The notes: generated from the letters alone by a model not told the origin. A stretch of DNA of 64,000 bases from Tubulanus polymorphus (GCF_964204645.1 NC_134035.1:6448001-6512000); one strand, 5' to 3'; positions 37,286 to 49,953 are shown, counted from the stretch's first letter. Made by a program: numbers and translations.

Positions 37286-37516
37286 ATGGAAAATATAAAA
37301 GAAACATTGACAAACATATTAAAATATTATGTGGATAATAAAATAACAGATTCAATTAATTATGAATTCTGTTTAAATAAGATTGTAAATTTTTTAGACA
37401 TCGATATTATAATTCCATTTGATGAATTAACGAACAAAAAGAAACAAAGAGAGCTAGATGAAATGTGGAACAATATAGAACTGAGAAAAATGAAATGGAA
37501 GAACCTAAACAATTAA
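37286..37516 (+). CDS. Small hypothetical ORF, probably part of the Polinton
   Basis: 76-aa AT-rich ORF convergent with polB; no recognised motif. Confidence 0.35.
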   Translation: MENIKETLTNILKYYVDNKITDSINYEFCLNKIVNFLDIDIIIPFDELTNKKKQRELDEMWNNIELRKMKWKNLNN

Positions 37517-37579
37517 ATAAAAATGAAGAAACCAGTAGTGATTTCGAGTATGATGATATTGATTTTATGATTTTATGCA

Positions 37580-40500
37580 TTGTTATAACTTTTTAGCTTC
37601 ACGATCTTTTGTTCTATAACTATATATTTTACTTCTTATCCCAACAAATTCAATCATTTCATCACCCCCTAATTCATCTTCGAACTTACCAGGCTGCTTT
37701 TTATTATCATTGCTAAATAATTCATGATATTTTGGATAATTGCTAAAGTCAAAATGATGTTTTAATGTTTTTCAGTCTTTTGTTATGTCATTTGTCTTGA
37801 TTTTTAGTATGTAACTGTCAGTATTGACCGCTATTAATGGAAATCCACAGTTAAATGTTCCATCTTCAGTTGATAAATCATAGATATAATCTGATGGGTT
37901 AAATATTTCAAATAAATCTCTTACTTCTTCTGTTATTTCTTTTTCAGTGTGACTTAAATTATATTCTTTTGGATTATTCTTTCTTATACCAACATTCATA
38001 TTGAATCCCAATGATGAGCACAATATATTTAATCCACTTATTGCACATTTTCCATTTTGAACAAATCGAATTGTTTTATGTTTTGTGTATCTTTTTGTTC
38101 CATCTGGGCAAAAAATCCTATAAAATACCATTTTCTTAAATTGTACGGTGCATTTAATACATAATCTGGAATTATCTTTTCTCTTTTTTTATCTACAATT
38201 CCATCAATATAAAATTCATTACTGTACTTAATAGTAAAATCTTTAGGTTTTAAACATTTTAAGAAAAAACATTTTGAAGTTTGCATCTGATTATACATTT
38301 TAGATATTTTATGCGGATAAACTTCTTCACAATATTTTTTGATTCTTTCAAAAGGTTTTAAATCTTGATTACATAAACACCAACAATAAAGAATAGAACT
38401 AACATATTTATATACACCTGCTGAACCATCTCCCATAAAAAATCCTTTGATAAAATATTCTTTTTCTTCTAATGTTTCGGGTACTATATTATATATATTA
38501 TCAATTATTTCATCAAATGACATATGATTCATTCTTTGGAAAAATCTTTTATGTAATAATTCATCTCCAATTTTTATATCAGTTGGTTTTATTCCATCAC
38601 CATTTCGTTTAATTAAACTATGATCTTCTGTAACATCTACAAACCCTAATTTAGTTCTAACTCTATAGATTTTCTTATTTGTTTTATGCCTAATAATATT
38701 CTTTAATTAATTCCATCCAATTCTTGTCCAAACATCCATTAATCCAATTATTTGTATTAATTCTTTTTCACCATATGAAATATAAAGTTCATTTTGTTTT
38801 GGAATTTTTCTGAAATTCTTCTAATTAATATTTTGTTATTGTATTTTAATAATATTGGGGTATCAGCCGTTACAGAATCAAAATAAGATATTTCAATATG
38901 TTTTTACCAAAAAAGTGGTTGAAAACATTAATAACAAAAATCATACATTAATAATTTTGATATTTCTAAAACAGTCGAACCAATGAATATAGGTTTATTA
39001 AATTTCATTGACGTTCTTTTTAATTTTACCGCGGTTAAATAATCTTCAAATCTTTTATTTCCTAAATGTCTAGGACTTGATTGTAAATGTCTCAATCGTT
39101 CAGAATTATTTAATAATTCAATATCATTTCTATTTCTAATATTTTCGCATGTTTTTTCCATAAAAACTATTATTCATTAATTTGAAGAAATCTTTTTCAA
39201 AATCTGTTTTAGATATGGTTCTCTGTTGAGTATTAAAATCTATATATTTTTCTAACCACTTCGATAGATTAAATTCAATATATCTATGTACTTTCTTTAA
39301 TTTCATTCCTTGTTTTAGATAAAATTTTAACATTCTATAATGGACAATATAATTGTATTTATTATTTTGAGTAAGTATTACTTTTTCTGTAAAAACATGA
39401 TCTTTCGGTTTAATTTTTTTCTGGTATTCACTTAAATAACTATCATCTACGGCTAAATGTTCTGGGCAATATGGTAAGCTTCTTGTTTTAAACTTAATGC
39501 TATCAGGATATTCTTAATAAACTACAAAGAAATAACCAATTGGTGCTTCATCTTTTAAACCCATAATTGCACTTTCCCAATCAGTTTTATCATCATTTTC
39601 AACTTCTGTTAATATAAAATTTTTGTATGGTTGAGGTTGCATCATTGCCCAACCATATAGATTATTTGCATCAATATACAATAATTTATAATCATCATTT
39701 GCTTTAAAATGTCTATCTCCCATAACATCACTAATTGATTTTTCAAATAATAAAACCATGTCTGGTTCTTTTAATAAATCTAAATCTACATTTGTATATT
39801 TTAAACCACATTGCCAGGTTAAACCAGAACTTGAATAACAATAACAAGGATCAACATTAAAATGATTTGAATTAACTTCTCTAAATTTTTCAAATATGTC
39901 AGCCAATATCATAACATCTGATTTTAAGTATAAATCTACTAATTAACCATGATTTTTTATCTTAAAATGATTCCAAATATTTAATGTTCTTTTAAACACT
40001 TCATCTTTCACATACTCCTCTTTTTATTGATCATAAAATTGTTCTTTTGATAATTCTGTTACATAAAAATCATCATGTGTTTTATAAAATGAATAAGGAA
40101 TTGCACCTTTAAATCTCAAAAATTTGAAATCTTGTTCATTTGGATAATAATGTCGAGTTATTATAAAATCATTATCAACTAAACTCTTTGCTAAATTATC
40201 TAATGAAATTGCTAAAAATCTATAAGAATCTAAAAATCTAATGCAACCAAATGAAATGAAATACAATTTTCAGATGTCTTAGCTAATAGTTTAAATCATA
40301 TTTTCTTACATTTGCACCATTCATAGCATTATATTCTTCTATGTCTTGATTATTTGCACCCAATTTTCCTGATAATTGTTTTATAAATAAGTTGGTATCA
40401 TACCCTGATAAATTATGAAATAATATTGGTAGGAAATTTACTTTTTTACAATCTTCATGAGCAGCTCCACGATATTTTGAATCTAAATGATCATGATCAC

Positions 40501-41557
40501 TAACTTTTTTATCAAATGAATAAAAACGTTTTTCACAGTAACAACAATGAGTTGCATAATTAAAATCAATTTCATCTTCTTTTGTCATAACTATTCCTTC
40601 ATTTTTGTTTAATAATTGTGCAAAATCACTTTCTAATTCAATTATTTTATTACCAAATTCATTTAATACATCTTCACCTCTAAAAGAAATATATTGACTT
40701 TGATATAATTCAGGGTAATTTTATTTTATATAAATTCCATAAGCAGCAGCTCGTTGATGTCCTTGTTTAATTGTATTTATAATTGGTGGGTCTTGAATTA
40801 TATCTTCATTTAGTTCATTTCCTTTATCCATTCAACGATTCAAAATCCCCATAAATTACAAATGGCACTATATTCTTGAATTTATGATTAGTAAATTTCA
40901 ATTTTCAATCTTTTTCTGTTGGCATTATTAATTTGCAAAAATCTTTATTATCACATAATTCTTTATGTTTTAATAATGTATTTTCAGTCATAAATTTCGA
41001 TAAACATTTTCTACATAGATAAATTTACGATGATGATCGCTTTCTGTTCTAAAGAATAAATCAATTTGTTTTAACAACATATAATGTTCATTTTCATAAT
41101 TCATTTTCATCATAATATTCTGTTAAATATAAAGCTTCCAATGTATAATCTTTAATATTTTCACCTTTTGTCTCTGGTAATTGCATTAATTCGAATACAT
41201 TTATTTTTACATTATTAAATTTTTCTATTTTAGGAATCATTTTTATAGTTACTGGATATTGATCAATTTTATATAATGTTTCATATTTCCGGTAATCTGT
41301 TATTCTACAAACATTTTCCTGAGTTGGATGTAAACAACTAATAATTGACCATAGAAAACATTTATTATCTTCATTTTGAACATTTATTACTGCTTTTGTT
41401 GTAAATGGTAATTTAATATAAGATGATGCTTTAATATCCTTTTCTGTTGTAAACTTTGAATCATTTTAAAGATTGTATTACTTTTTGATGCTTTATTCCT
41501 TTTTGTATTATAAATATTCAAATCTAAAAATATAATTTCATTCAATGTTAAACCAGA
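37580..41557 (-). pseudogene. polB: Polinton/adintovirus protein-primed family B DNA polymerase, frameshifted, intein-containing
   Basis: INVQNEDNKCFLWS, DHDHLDSKYRGAAH, FHNLSGYD, RFLDSYRF, LYIDANNLYGWAM, FFKLMNNSFYGK, KPIFIGSTVLEISKLLMYDF, YFD^TDS, NKKQPGKFEDE, EFVGIRSKIYS. Confidence 0.92.
37823..38876 (-). mobile_element. Intein with LAGLIDADG homing endonuclease in the pPolB YFD^TDS motif (degenerate)
   Basis: Block A SVTADTPILL directly after YFD; block B VDVTEDHSL; LAGLIDADG motifs YFIKGFFMGDGS and YFIGFFA(fs)DG; blocks F/G YIYDLSTEDGTFNCG..AVN followed by +1 Thr (TDS). Confidence 0.9.
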
Positions 41558-42060
41558 TGTCAATACCTTTTCTCCAGAAAGAAGTGACTAGCAGTACGAC
41601 TCGGTGTTGACATTAAAGTAGTTTATTCTCAAAAGTGACTCCCTCTACCCTTTACATATCGATATATATAGTGAAATATCACATGATGTGTACTGAGCAT
41701 GACGTACAGATGTAATGCAGTTTAGGCTAAAAAAAATTGATACCTTGTTTCTCCGCTCTGCTGAGCTTAAATGTTGACCCGGCCGGCCGCCTATCTACCC
41801 TATACATTACTTTTTTTTAAATCGTGATCAATTTTACCATAACAGACCCGGCCGCTATAGAAATGAACTGTTTACAAATTCTATCATATTTTACAAAAAT
41901 GACCCGGCCGCTGCGGAGAAACAAGGTATCATTTTTGTTTAGCCTTAATACAGTTTAATACAGTTGAACACAGTTGAGTACACGTTACTGCAGAACAAGT
42001 TACTGCTCAAGTGAGCAGTATTCTATAGTTGATATAAATGTATGTATAACCATTCCAATA
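41558..42060 (-). repeat. BEL 3' LTR containing a MITE
   Basis: Near-identical to 47683-47964 apart from a 220-bp insert. Confidence 0.9.
41725..41944. mobile_element. PIF/Harbinger-type MITE
   Basis: ~32-bp TIRs GGCTAAA..GATACCTTGTTTCTCCGC; TTA TSD confirmed by the empty site in the other LTR. Confidence 0.85.
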
Positions 42061-43828
42061 TACTCCCGCCAGGCGTAAGCGTGATTAAAGTACACATAAA
42101 TTTGAAAGAGTTATCAATATATACACGATTTTAAACTACTATCGCATATTCATTAATACAAAATTTGAAAGTACACATTGTTCATTAATACAAAATTTGA
42201 AAGTACACATTATTCATTAATACAAATTGTCGGATTGCTCCGCCGCCGCGATGGCCGTGATCTTCTCTGCTGCAACGGCAGCAGCTCTTTTCGGTCGCAC
42301 ATTCGCTTCTCCCGCTGTTTTTGTAGCCGAATAGTTCGATACGGATGCAAAATCGGTTGACGCATAAACTTCGAGAGGGTACAGTTTCGGCAACGCTCTA
42401 TTCGTGTGACCTCTCGGCGGTTTTTAACGAAACATTGCGTACTTTTCCGTCCTTTCCACGATGTAACTCCGTAATTACGCCAAGTCGCCATTTCAATCGT
42501 GGCCCATCATCGTGAATTTGACCGACCGAACCTTTTTTCACTAATTCCGTATCAACTCCCTTACATTTCTGATATTCGCGCAAATTTAACAAGTATTCAC
42601 CTTTCCAGCGTCTCTTATATTCACTGAGGAGCAAGGAAATATATTTCATCCTACGTGTTAACAATTCGCGAGTGACACAAAAATTTGGATCATTCAACTC
42701 ATGATCTCGCACACTAGGTTGAGGTAACCCGGTTATCCGGTGACCGAACATTAACATGGATGACGTCAAAGCTTCTAAATCTGAAACATCTGACGTTAGA
42801 TAGGTCAACGGTCTATCATTTAAATGAGATTCAACTTCAATTAAAAAAGTATTTAACTCATCATAGGTAAGTAGAGCTCTACCGAGTACTTTTTTGGTTA
42901 TATTTTTCACCAACCCAATCAATCGTTCGTAAAACCCCCCTTGCCAGGGGGCCCTCTTAGCTATGAATTGCCATTTCACCCTGTTCACGGATAGATAGTC
43001 CGTTACTTCAACCGATGAAATAATTTCATCTAGAATTTTATTCGCTGATGTAAACGTTGTTGCGTTATCAGAAACACAAGTCCTCGGCAAACCTCTACGA
43101 CCTGCTAACCTACGTAACGCTAACAAAAAACAATCAGGAGTTAAATCCCGAACTAGCTCTAAATGCACCGCTCTGCTGACCGCACATGTAAATAAACAAA
43201 CGTGGCATTTAGAGGTTTCACCACCAGATCCCTTAAATCACAAGTGGACCTAAATAATCAATACCAGTATGGTGAAAGACTGGAACCTCTGAAACTCTGA
43301 TACCAGGTAGTGAAGGAGGTAACGGTAAGAAAAAGGGTCTACCTTGCACACGTTTGCACACTTACAGCATGATTTCAGTAGGTCCTTTACTCTTTGACGG
43401 ATACTCGGTATCCAATATTTACATCGAATATCGGCAACAGTAGCATTAACGCCTTGATGCATTATTCTGAAATGTGATCGACGAATCACCAAATTGACAT
43501 ACTGGTGATATTTTGGAAGCAGTATTGGTCGTTTAGCCAAATCGTCCAAATCTGCATTCTCTAACCGACCATTCGAATGAATCAAGCCATCATTACCAAT
43601 AAACAACTGTAAATCTTTTATCAACCTGTCAACAACCGGAGCTCTAAATGACTTGTCACCCGACAATCGCGCAAACACCAGAGGATATTCTGATCTTTGA
43701 ATACACAATAACCACACTTTCTCAGAATTGTTTAGATCATCAGCCGAAATACTGTCAAAGTTTCTATCAGAAACTTTTACCTTACAATTATTTATGAAAC
43801 GAAGTACTAAGGTAGTCAAACTGAACAA

Positions 43829-46800
43829 CTAAGTTAATGACGAGAAACCATCTGCATCTACTACTTTCGAAGTGCCGACAGGTTCACTTTTTTCAATTGA
43901 AACATATTGTACACATGTAGATGTATTTATGTGTATAATCGGAATTTGATTTATTCGATCTGCGATGTCAATTGGACCGCACAACCACTGCCCGTTAGAA
44001 AATAGTGCAGATACGCCTCTAGTCAATAAATCAGCTGGATTTCTATCACCATTACAAAATTGCCACTTATCAAAGTCACAAATAGATTTAATAGCACGAA
44101 TTCTATTGGCAACAAATTCTGGTAATTTTTTATCACTTCTCAGCCAACTCAACACAATCTGACTATCCGAATAATATTGCGTTTCGATTACAGGATACGA
44201 TTGTGTTAATTCATCACAAATATATTGCCCTAATTTAGCGCCTAACATCGCGGCCATGAGTTCTAAGCGTGGAATTGTGACCTGCTTCAACGGGGCTACC
44301 CGGCCACGACTCAATATGAATTGAATCTTACCCCCTTGATCAAGATAAGCCACAGCGCCATAAGCCGGCTGACCGGCATCGACAAAAACATGTCGACAAA
44401 ATTTTACCGGTAAATTGGTATCGAATCCATACCATCTGGGTACGTGCATATTTCTAATCGCATAATTCAGATCTGAAACTATTCTTTGCCACTGTAGACC
44501 AAATTTCTCTGGTACTGGTGTATCCCAATCATATGATTCTCTCCACAATGTTTGAGTTAATATTTTCCCCCTAATAGAAATTGGTAATATAAGACCAAAC
44601 GGATCATAAATCTTGGCTAAATTTTGAACAATAGTCCGTTTCGTAGTACCAGAGAATTCGTCTAATATAACCTTTTCTTTGAAGGTGATAATATCTTGCT
44701 CAATACTCCAATAAAATCCTAAGACATTCACATGATTTGAATATTCCAATACTTTCTCGGATTCTGCCAATGAACGTACCTCTTCACTGTTTGAAGACCA
44801 GGACCTTAAATTCATTCCTGCTAGAGAAAAGATCTCTCTCGAAGACTTAAGATAATCTAAGCTATTCTCCTCGGAATTGCATGATGTCAATATGTTATCT
44901 ACGTAAATGTTTCGTAGAATATCGGAACTCGTTCGACAATTTTCAGTTACTACCTGATTCCGTAAATGATGTAGAATTGTGCAATTCAAAATAAATGGAG
45001 AACAGGTAGCACCAAATAATACTCGTTTGAAACGATAAGTTACTAGTTCAGAATCTGGATTTCCTGGCTCTCTAAACCAAACGAATCTAGTTACATCCCT
45101 ATCTTCAGGGTCGATGCCTATTTGGAGAAAGGCTTTTTCGATGTCCGCACAAAGACCAATCTCGTTCAATCTAAATCTCAATAAGATACCTGTGAGATCG
45201 TTCTGTAGAGCTGGACCAGGTTCTAAACTATCGTTCAAACTAGGTGATCCAAAACTACAATCAAAAACAATTCGAATTGGAGTTGTATTCGATTGTCTGT
45301 ACACAGGATGATGTGCCAAATAATGTACTCGTCTCGATGATGGATGTAAATCATCCACCGGAACAATCTCAATATAATCTCGTTTCAATTGCTCATCGAT
45401 AATCTCCGAATAGATTTTAAGAATTTCCGGAGTTTTTGAAAGTTTCTTCAAAGTTGATTTAGTCCTATTTACAACTGCACAATAATTAGTTGTTAACGTA
45501 TCATGTTCAGTTTTCCAAGGTAATTTCACATTGTATCGACCGTCATTGTCTTTCCATATGAAATCACAAATGTACTTATCAACAAAACTCTCATCCGATA
45601 ATTTTTCAATCCCCATTTCGTCACAATTCAAAGAAAATTCAGGGTATGACAAAACACTCATTATCGAAATTTTATCACTGGAAGTACCAGTCGGACCCGA
45701 CACCAAATAACCAACACATGATTTTATAGCTACAGGACCTTGTTTTGATCTGATTATCTCAGAACTAACAAAATCGTAATAATGATCGCTTCCAATCAAA
45801 AATTGAACTTCAAATTTGCACTCTGAGTGAATTGGATTAGCCAAATTTAAATCTTTGAATTCAGGAATCTCAAGAAAACCACCCATGTCTAATGGACGTA
45901 TAATCATCGGAACCACCAAAACAGATACTTCGATTAAATACGAATTCTCACACTCGATGCATATTTTTACGACATCCAAAGTTCTAACTTTCGAATTCTG
46001 TGATCCAAATGCACCTAAATCTAGTGTTTCAGTCCTACTGGATTTCAAACCTAACTGACTCGCCATTTTGGCCGTCATAAATGATCGCTGCGAGCCATCA
46101 TCGAACAATGTATTACAGGACACAATAGAACCACTATACGGTTTCTCGATATTAACAACTGCAGTCTTCAACAGAACATTTCCGAAAGAATTACACAAAC
46201 TAATATTCTGAGATGCCGTTTGTGTCTCAATGTGATCATCACTTCGTATTAAAGACTCTGTTTCAAAAATTGGAACCGATGAAGACTGCGTTGTCACAGA
46301 ATTTGTCATATTGCTTTTGATTCTATTTTGCTCATTACCTATACCACGGTTTTGACCTTCCTCAACGGAAAAATTGACACCTCTAGAATTCGGAACAGAA
46401 TAAGGTCGTGTTTTCCGCGTTTGAAAACAAATACTGGTGTGATGTCGCTTTTTACACATACGACACGAATATTTAGACTTGCAGTTTCCGGCATGATGCT
46501 TATCTCCTAAACAATTAAAACACAAAGATTTGTTTCTCAGAATTTCCATCCTCTTTTTAACATCATTAACTACAGTGCACTCATTGGATGCATGCAAACC
46601 TTCGCAAAAAACACACTTCTTTTTAGAATTCTGAGCTCCGGTCGATAAGAATAATTGACTTACGGTGCTTGTAGGTTCAGTAATAGTACAATTACTCACA
46701 TCTTTGACATCAAGAGATACAGTGGACTCAATAATTTCTAATTCGAATCTAAAACAATCAAGAAGAGATGTTATTGACCATTCACAATTTTTGTATGTGC

Positions 46801-47428
46801 GACACATATTTCGATAGATTTCATACGGAAGCTTTCTTATAATTATTGGTACCAACATTGCGCCGTAATTATCATGAGACGTCCCAAGTGCATTCAACTG
46901 ACGCATGTGACAATTACATTCGTCGTAAAATTTACGCAGGGATGATCGTTCGTTGTTCGGTGGACTTAAATCAACAAGCGCGGAAAGGTAAGCCCGTGAT
47001 ATCTTGTGATTCTGTCCAAATCGCGTTTTCAACAAACTAACAGCCGCTGAATAATTGTCATTCGTCAATGGCAAACCGTCAATGCACGATCTTGCATCGC
47101 CGATTAGCAAACACTTCAAATAGCTACATTTTTCGATATCCGAAAACTGTGAGTTGAGATGAACTGACGTTTCGAATAAACCCCAGAACGTTGGCCACTC
47201 TTTCAAATTTCCGTTATATTTCGGAATTTGTAACTTTGGTAGTAAAGCTGTTTTAATTTCAGTTGATCTCACTGGTGACTGTTTCTCTAGCGAAGACATT
47301 TTCCCGATTTCACGGTCAAATTTGAAAATACTGCCATTCAAATTGTTCAAATAATCTTCAGCTTCCAAAATAAATTGTTCTATTTCATTATCAGACTGGA
47401 TCTCGTCTAATAAATGGGCATCAATCAT
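43829..47428 (-). CDS. BEL/Pao gag-pol polyprotein, main open segment
   Basis: 1199-aa ORF; continues in frame past TAG into 43250-43828 and, after a frameshift, into integrase 42398-43168. Confidence 0.9.
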   Translation of the reverse strand: MIDAHLLDEIQSDNEIEQFILEAEDYLNNLNGSIFKFDREIGKMSSLEKQSPVRSTEIKTALLPKLQIPKYNGNLKEWPTFWGLFETSVHLNSQFSDIEKCSYLKCLLIGDARSCIDGLPLTNDNYSAAVSLLKTRFGQNHKISRAYLSALVDLSPPNNERSSLRKFYDECNCHMRQLNALGTSHDNYGAMLVPIIIRKLPYEIYRNMCRTYKNCEWSITSLLDCFRFELEIIESTVSLDVKDVSNCTITEPTSTVSQLFLSTGAQNSKKKCVFCEGLHASNECTVVNDVKKRMEILRNKSLCFNCLGDKHHAGNCKSKYSCRMCKKRHHTSICFQTRKTRPYSVPNSRGVNFSVEEGQNRGIGNEQNRIKSNMTNSVTTQSSSVPIFETESLIRSDDHIETQTASQNISLCNSFGNVLLKTAVVNIEKPYSGSIVSCNTLFDDGSQRSFMTAKMASQLGLKSSRTETLDLGAFGSQNSKVRTLDVVKICIECENSYLIEVSVLVVPMIIRPLDMGGFLEIPEFKDLNLANPIHSECKFEVQFLIGSDHYYDFVSSEIIRSKQGPVAIKSCVGYLVSGPTGTSSDKISIMSVLSYPEFSLNCDEMGIEKLSDESFVDKYICDFIWKDNDGRYNVKLPWKTEHDTLTTNYCAVVNRTKSTLKKLSKTPEILKIYSEIIDEQLKRDYIEIVPVDDLHPSSRRVHYLAHHPVYRQSNTTPIRIVFDCSFGSPSLNDSLEPGPALQNDLTGILLRFRLNEIGLCADIEKAFLQIGIDPEDRDVTRFVWFREPGNPDSELVTYRFKRVLFGATCSPFILNCTILHHLRNQVVTENCRTSSDILRNIYVDNILTSCNSEENSLDYLKSSREIFSLAGMNLRSWSSNSEEVRSLAESEKVLEYSNHVNVLGFYWSIEQDIITFKEKVILDEFSGTTKRTIVQNLAKIYDPFGLILPISIRGKILTQTLWRESYDWDTPVPEKFGLQWQRIVSDLNYAIRNMHVPRWYGFDTNLPVKFCRHVFVDAGQPAYGAVAYLDQGGKIQFILSRGRVAPLKQVTIPRLELMAAMLGAKLGQYICDELTQSYPVIETQYYSDSQIVLSWLRSDKKLPEFVANRIRAIKSICDFDKWQFCNGDRNPADLLTRGVSALFSNGQWLCGPIDIADRINQIPIIHINTSTCVQYVSIEKSEPVGTSKVVDADGFSSLT

Positions 47429-47682
47429 CTCTCACCGGCTGTATTTGCGTTTGAGATTGTTCAAATTAATACTAGCCTTTAGTAAGTCGTGTTCTCTGAT
47501 AGCTGTATCACATGCAGAGGTAAGAGCGTTCGCGACTCTTCTGTTTGCTGAACGTCCTGCTCTCGAAAGTTTTACACCAACTCCTGATTTTTCGGTAGCT
47601 GAATTCTCCGCCATTGTTCTCTGATCCTCTGGCTTCTTCTAAGAAGTTTGGTTCATCTCTTTCTCGGCTCGAGGGACCATTA

Positions 47683-47964
47683 TGTCAATACCTTTTCTCC
47701 AGAAAGAAGTGACTAGCAGTACGACTCGGTGTTGACATTTTAAAGTAGCTTATTCTCAAAAGTAACCCCCTCTACCCTTTACATATCAATATATATAGTG
47801 AAATATCACATGATGTGTACTGAGCATGACATACAGATGTAATGCAGTTTAATACAGTTTAATACAGTTGAACACAGTTGAATACACGTTACTGCAGAAC
47901 AAGTTACTGCTCTAGTGAGCAGTATTCTATAGTTGATATAAATGTATGTATAACCATTCCAATA
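47683..47964 (-). repeat. BEL 5' LTR
   Basis: TGTCAATACC..CCATTCCAATA; PBS immediately internal. Confidence 0.9.
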
Positions 47965-49624
47965 GCATTTCCATTGATAGCTACTAAGCGGATAAGGGGA
48001 TCTCTATGAAAATTAATATAAATGTACCTGGATATAAGATACAACGAATCCCTAACATAATTAGTTCCTATTCTCTAGGGACTAGGGGCGCTAATGTTGA
48101 AAACTCAATCTAGCATCAGTTTTTTCGATTGTAAAATTCAGTAGTATGCTAACCGGCTAATTACCGGCCACTTGGGCATGGTAAAAGTACCGTATCTTCG
48201 TTATTCTCGGTGTCATATCCCCTAACCTTGGTACATAAAACTTTTCGCGTAGTATCCCATGTGAATCAACATAGCCATGTTATCAGCTGACCCCTAGGTT
48301 GCGCTCCTTATCCAGCGAGGCAGAAACCCGTTATCGCTGCTTTGCAGCTATATTTATTATTATTATTTTTTTCCACACATTTTTTGTCAAAAGTACATAG
48401 GCTTTTTTACATTACCGCTGTTGCCGATACAATCCGTCTGATATCATTCAGCTCAGTTCGATCTACAAATACTCCGTGCGAATTTTGAAGAATCAATGTT
48501 ACAAAAGGACTGTCGGGCCGTAAACATCGAAAATTGAGCCCCATTCAAAGAGCCGACATGTTTTTCTAAGTCGTCTTTCCGAAATCTACCGCACGTTTCT
48601 TGTCACATCGATTATCAATTCAAGCATAAATTAACAAATTTAATACCGAAAGATTGCACATTCTGTCGCGGTTTTTAAAAACTAATTTTAAAAGTAACCC
48701 GTTTTCCTCATCAAATTATATTACTGATACACAGGAAATTTACTACTTTAGATTTTAAAAGCCTTGTCGAGCCGTAAACATCGATAAATCGACGTGTGTC
48801 ACTACATCGTCGTTCCGGGGCTGAGAATCAAATCGAGTACAAATTAATTTATTACTACCAGTGATTTGGCTGCGGGCGTTAAGCAGTTAATTTAGCAATA
48901 CCTATTTTTCTTTACCAAATTAACCGTGTATTTACTAAGATAAATCATGAGTGTACCGGGGAGTCGTAGGCCTAAAGTAAACACGCCGCGGGCTTCAACC
49001 TCTATATCAATACCATCAATACTCTATATTTCCTACAGTACATACCGATCATTGTCAAATGCACAAGGTATTTACTAAATACAAGTATATAACACACTCC
49101 TTTCCGTATGCTGGAGTCACACTTCAAATTTGAGTAAGCGTTCGCTGTGGGGGAAAGGAGATCGTTCGCTTTGTCGCTTGAAGTGTTTATCGAGTTTTAC
49201 GTGGCTTTAGGCCTACCGGTATTGAGATTCACTGTCTCAAACAAACACAGTATAATTGTTGCGTTTATTAACGGACTCATAAGATTGAACTTCAAAACAA
49301 AATTTTCGACATTTAGGAGGGTTGTTATTCAATAGGCCCACGACCAATCTGTCCGGATGTTAGGCCTACGCATATACATAGGCCTACATAGGCTAGTGGC
49401 CTCTACTAGGTTAAAGCTAAGTTCACTGTAAAGGAGGAATCAGATTTATTAAAGTACATGTTAATTAGTGATTTACTGGTTCTGACTTGTAACGATCAAT
49501 CACAATTATCAATTTTATTGACAAAAATGAAGATTTTTTTTGAAAATTTCGTCTGAGCAGACAGCTTTATAAGCCAGACTTTTCATCATAAATGAAACTG
49601 GTATTTCTTAAATTCCTATGACTT

Positions 49625-49953
49625 AAGCCGGGGGTGGGTCGGCCTTGCGATGGCTTGTGACTCACTGCGAGGCCATACACTGCGACCGCCAGCGACGATT
49701 GTGTCGCAACGACTCATCGACCTACGCTCCCTTGCGACAGGTTGTGACTGTCAGCAACGCCAGTGACAAGGAGTCGCACGTGTTCTACTTTCTGCAACGC
49801 GACACGACTGTCACAACCGACCTACGTGCTCGTGCGACTGGCAGAAACTAGTCGCACACAGTCGCTGACAATCATATTGCAACCGATTTGCACCGAAACA
49901 TGCGATGCAACGCGAGGATCGCATCGCATCACAAGGTCAACCTACGTCCGGCT
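49625..49953. mobile_element. Palindromic MITE (Harbinger-like) nested in an array unit; second copy at 56311-56638
   Basis: AGCCGGACGT..ACGTCCAGCT termini with TTA flanks in the 56.3 kb copy. Confidence 0.55.

Larger units (their letters stand above)
41558..47964 (-). mobile_element. BEL/Pao LTR retrotransposon, two LTRs, nearly intact
   Basis: gag (LPKLQIPKYNGN..W..F; three Cys/His knuckles), PR (LFDDGSQRSF), RT (ADIEKAFLQI, YVDN), RNase H (FVDA, NPADLLTRG), integrase (SDNATTF, PWQGGFYERL); PBS TGGTCCCTCGAGCCG (tRNA-Tyr-like); PPT next to 42060. Confidence 0.95.

Noticed and set aside
38038-38532. Free-standing homing endonuclease or group I intron ORF
   Set aside because: It is framed by intein blocks A/B and F/G with in-frame extein junctions, so it is the intein endonuclease domain.
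29885-41557. Bacterial, organellar or giant-virus contamination as the source of the intein region
   Set aside because: The extein motifs are Polinton-type, the region is pseudogenised, and it is interleaved with animal LTR retrotransposons.
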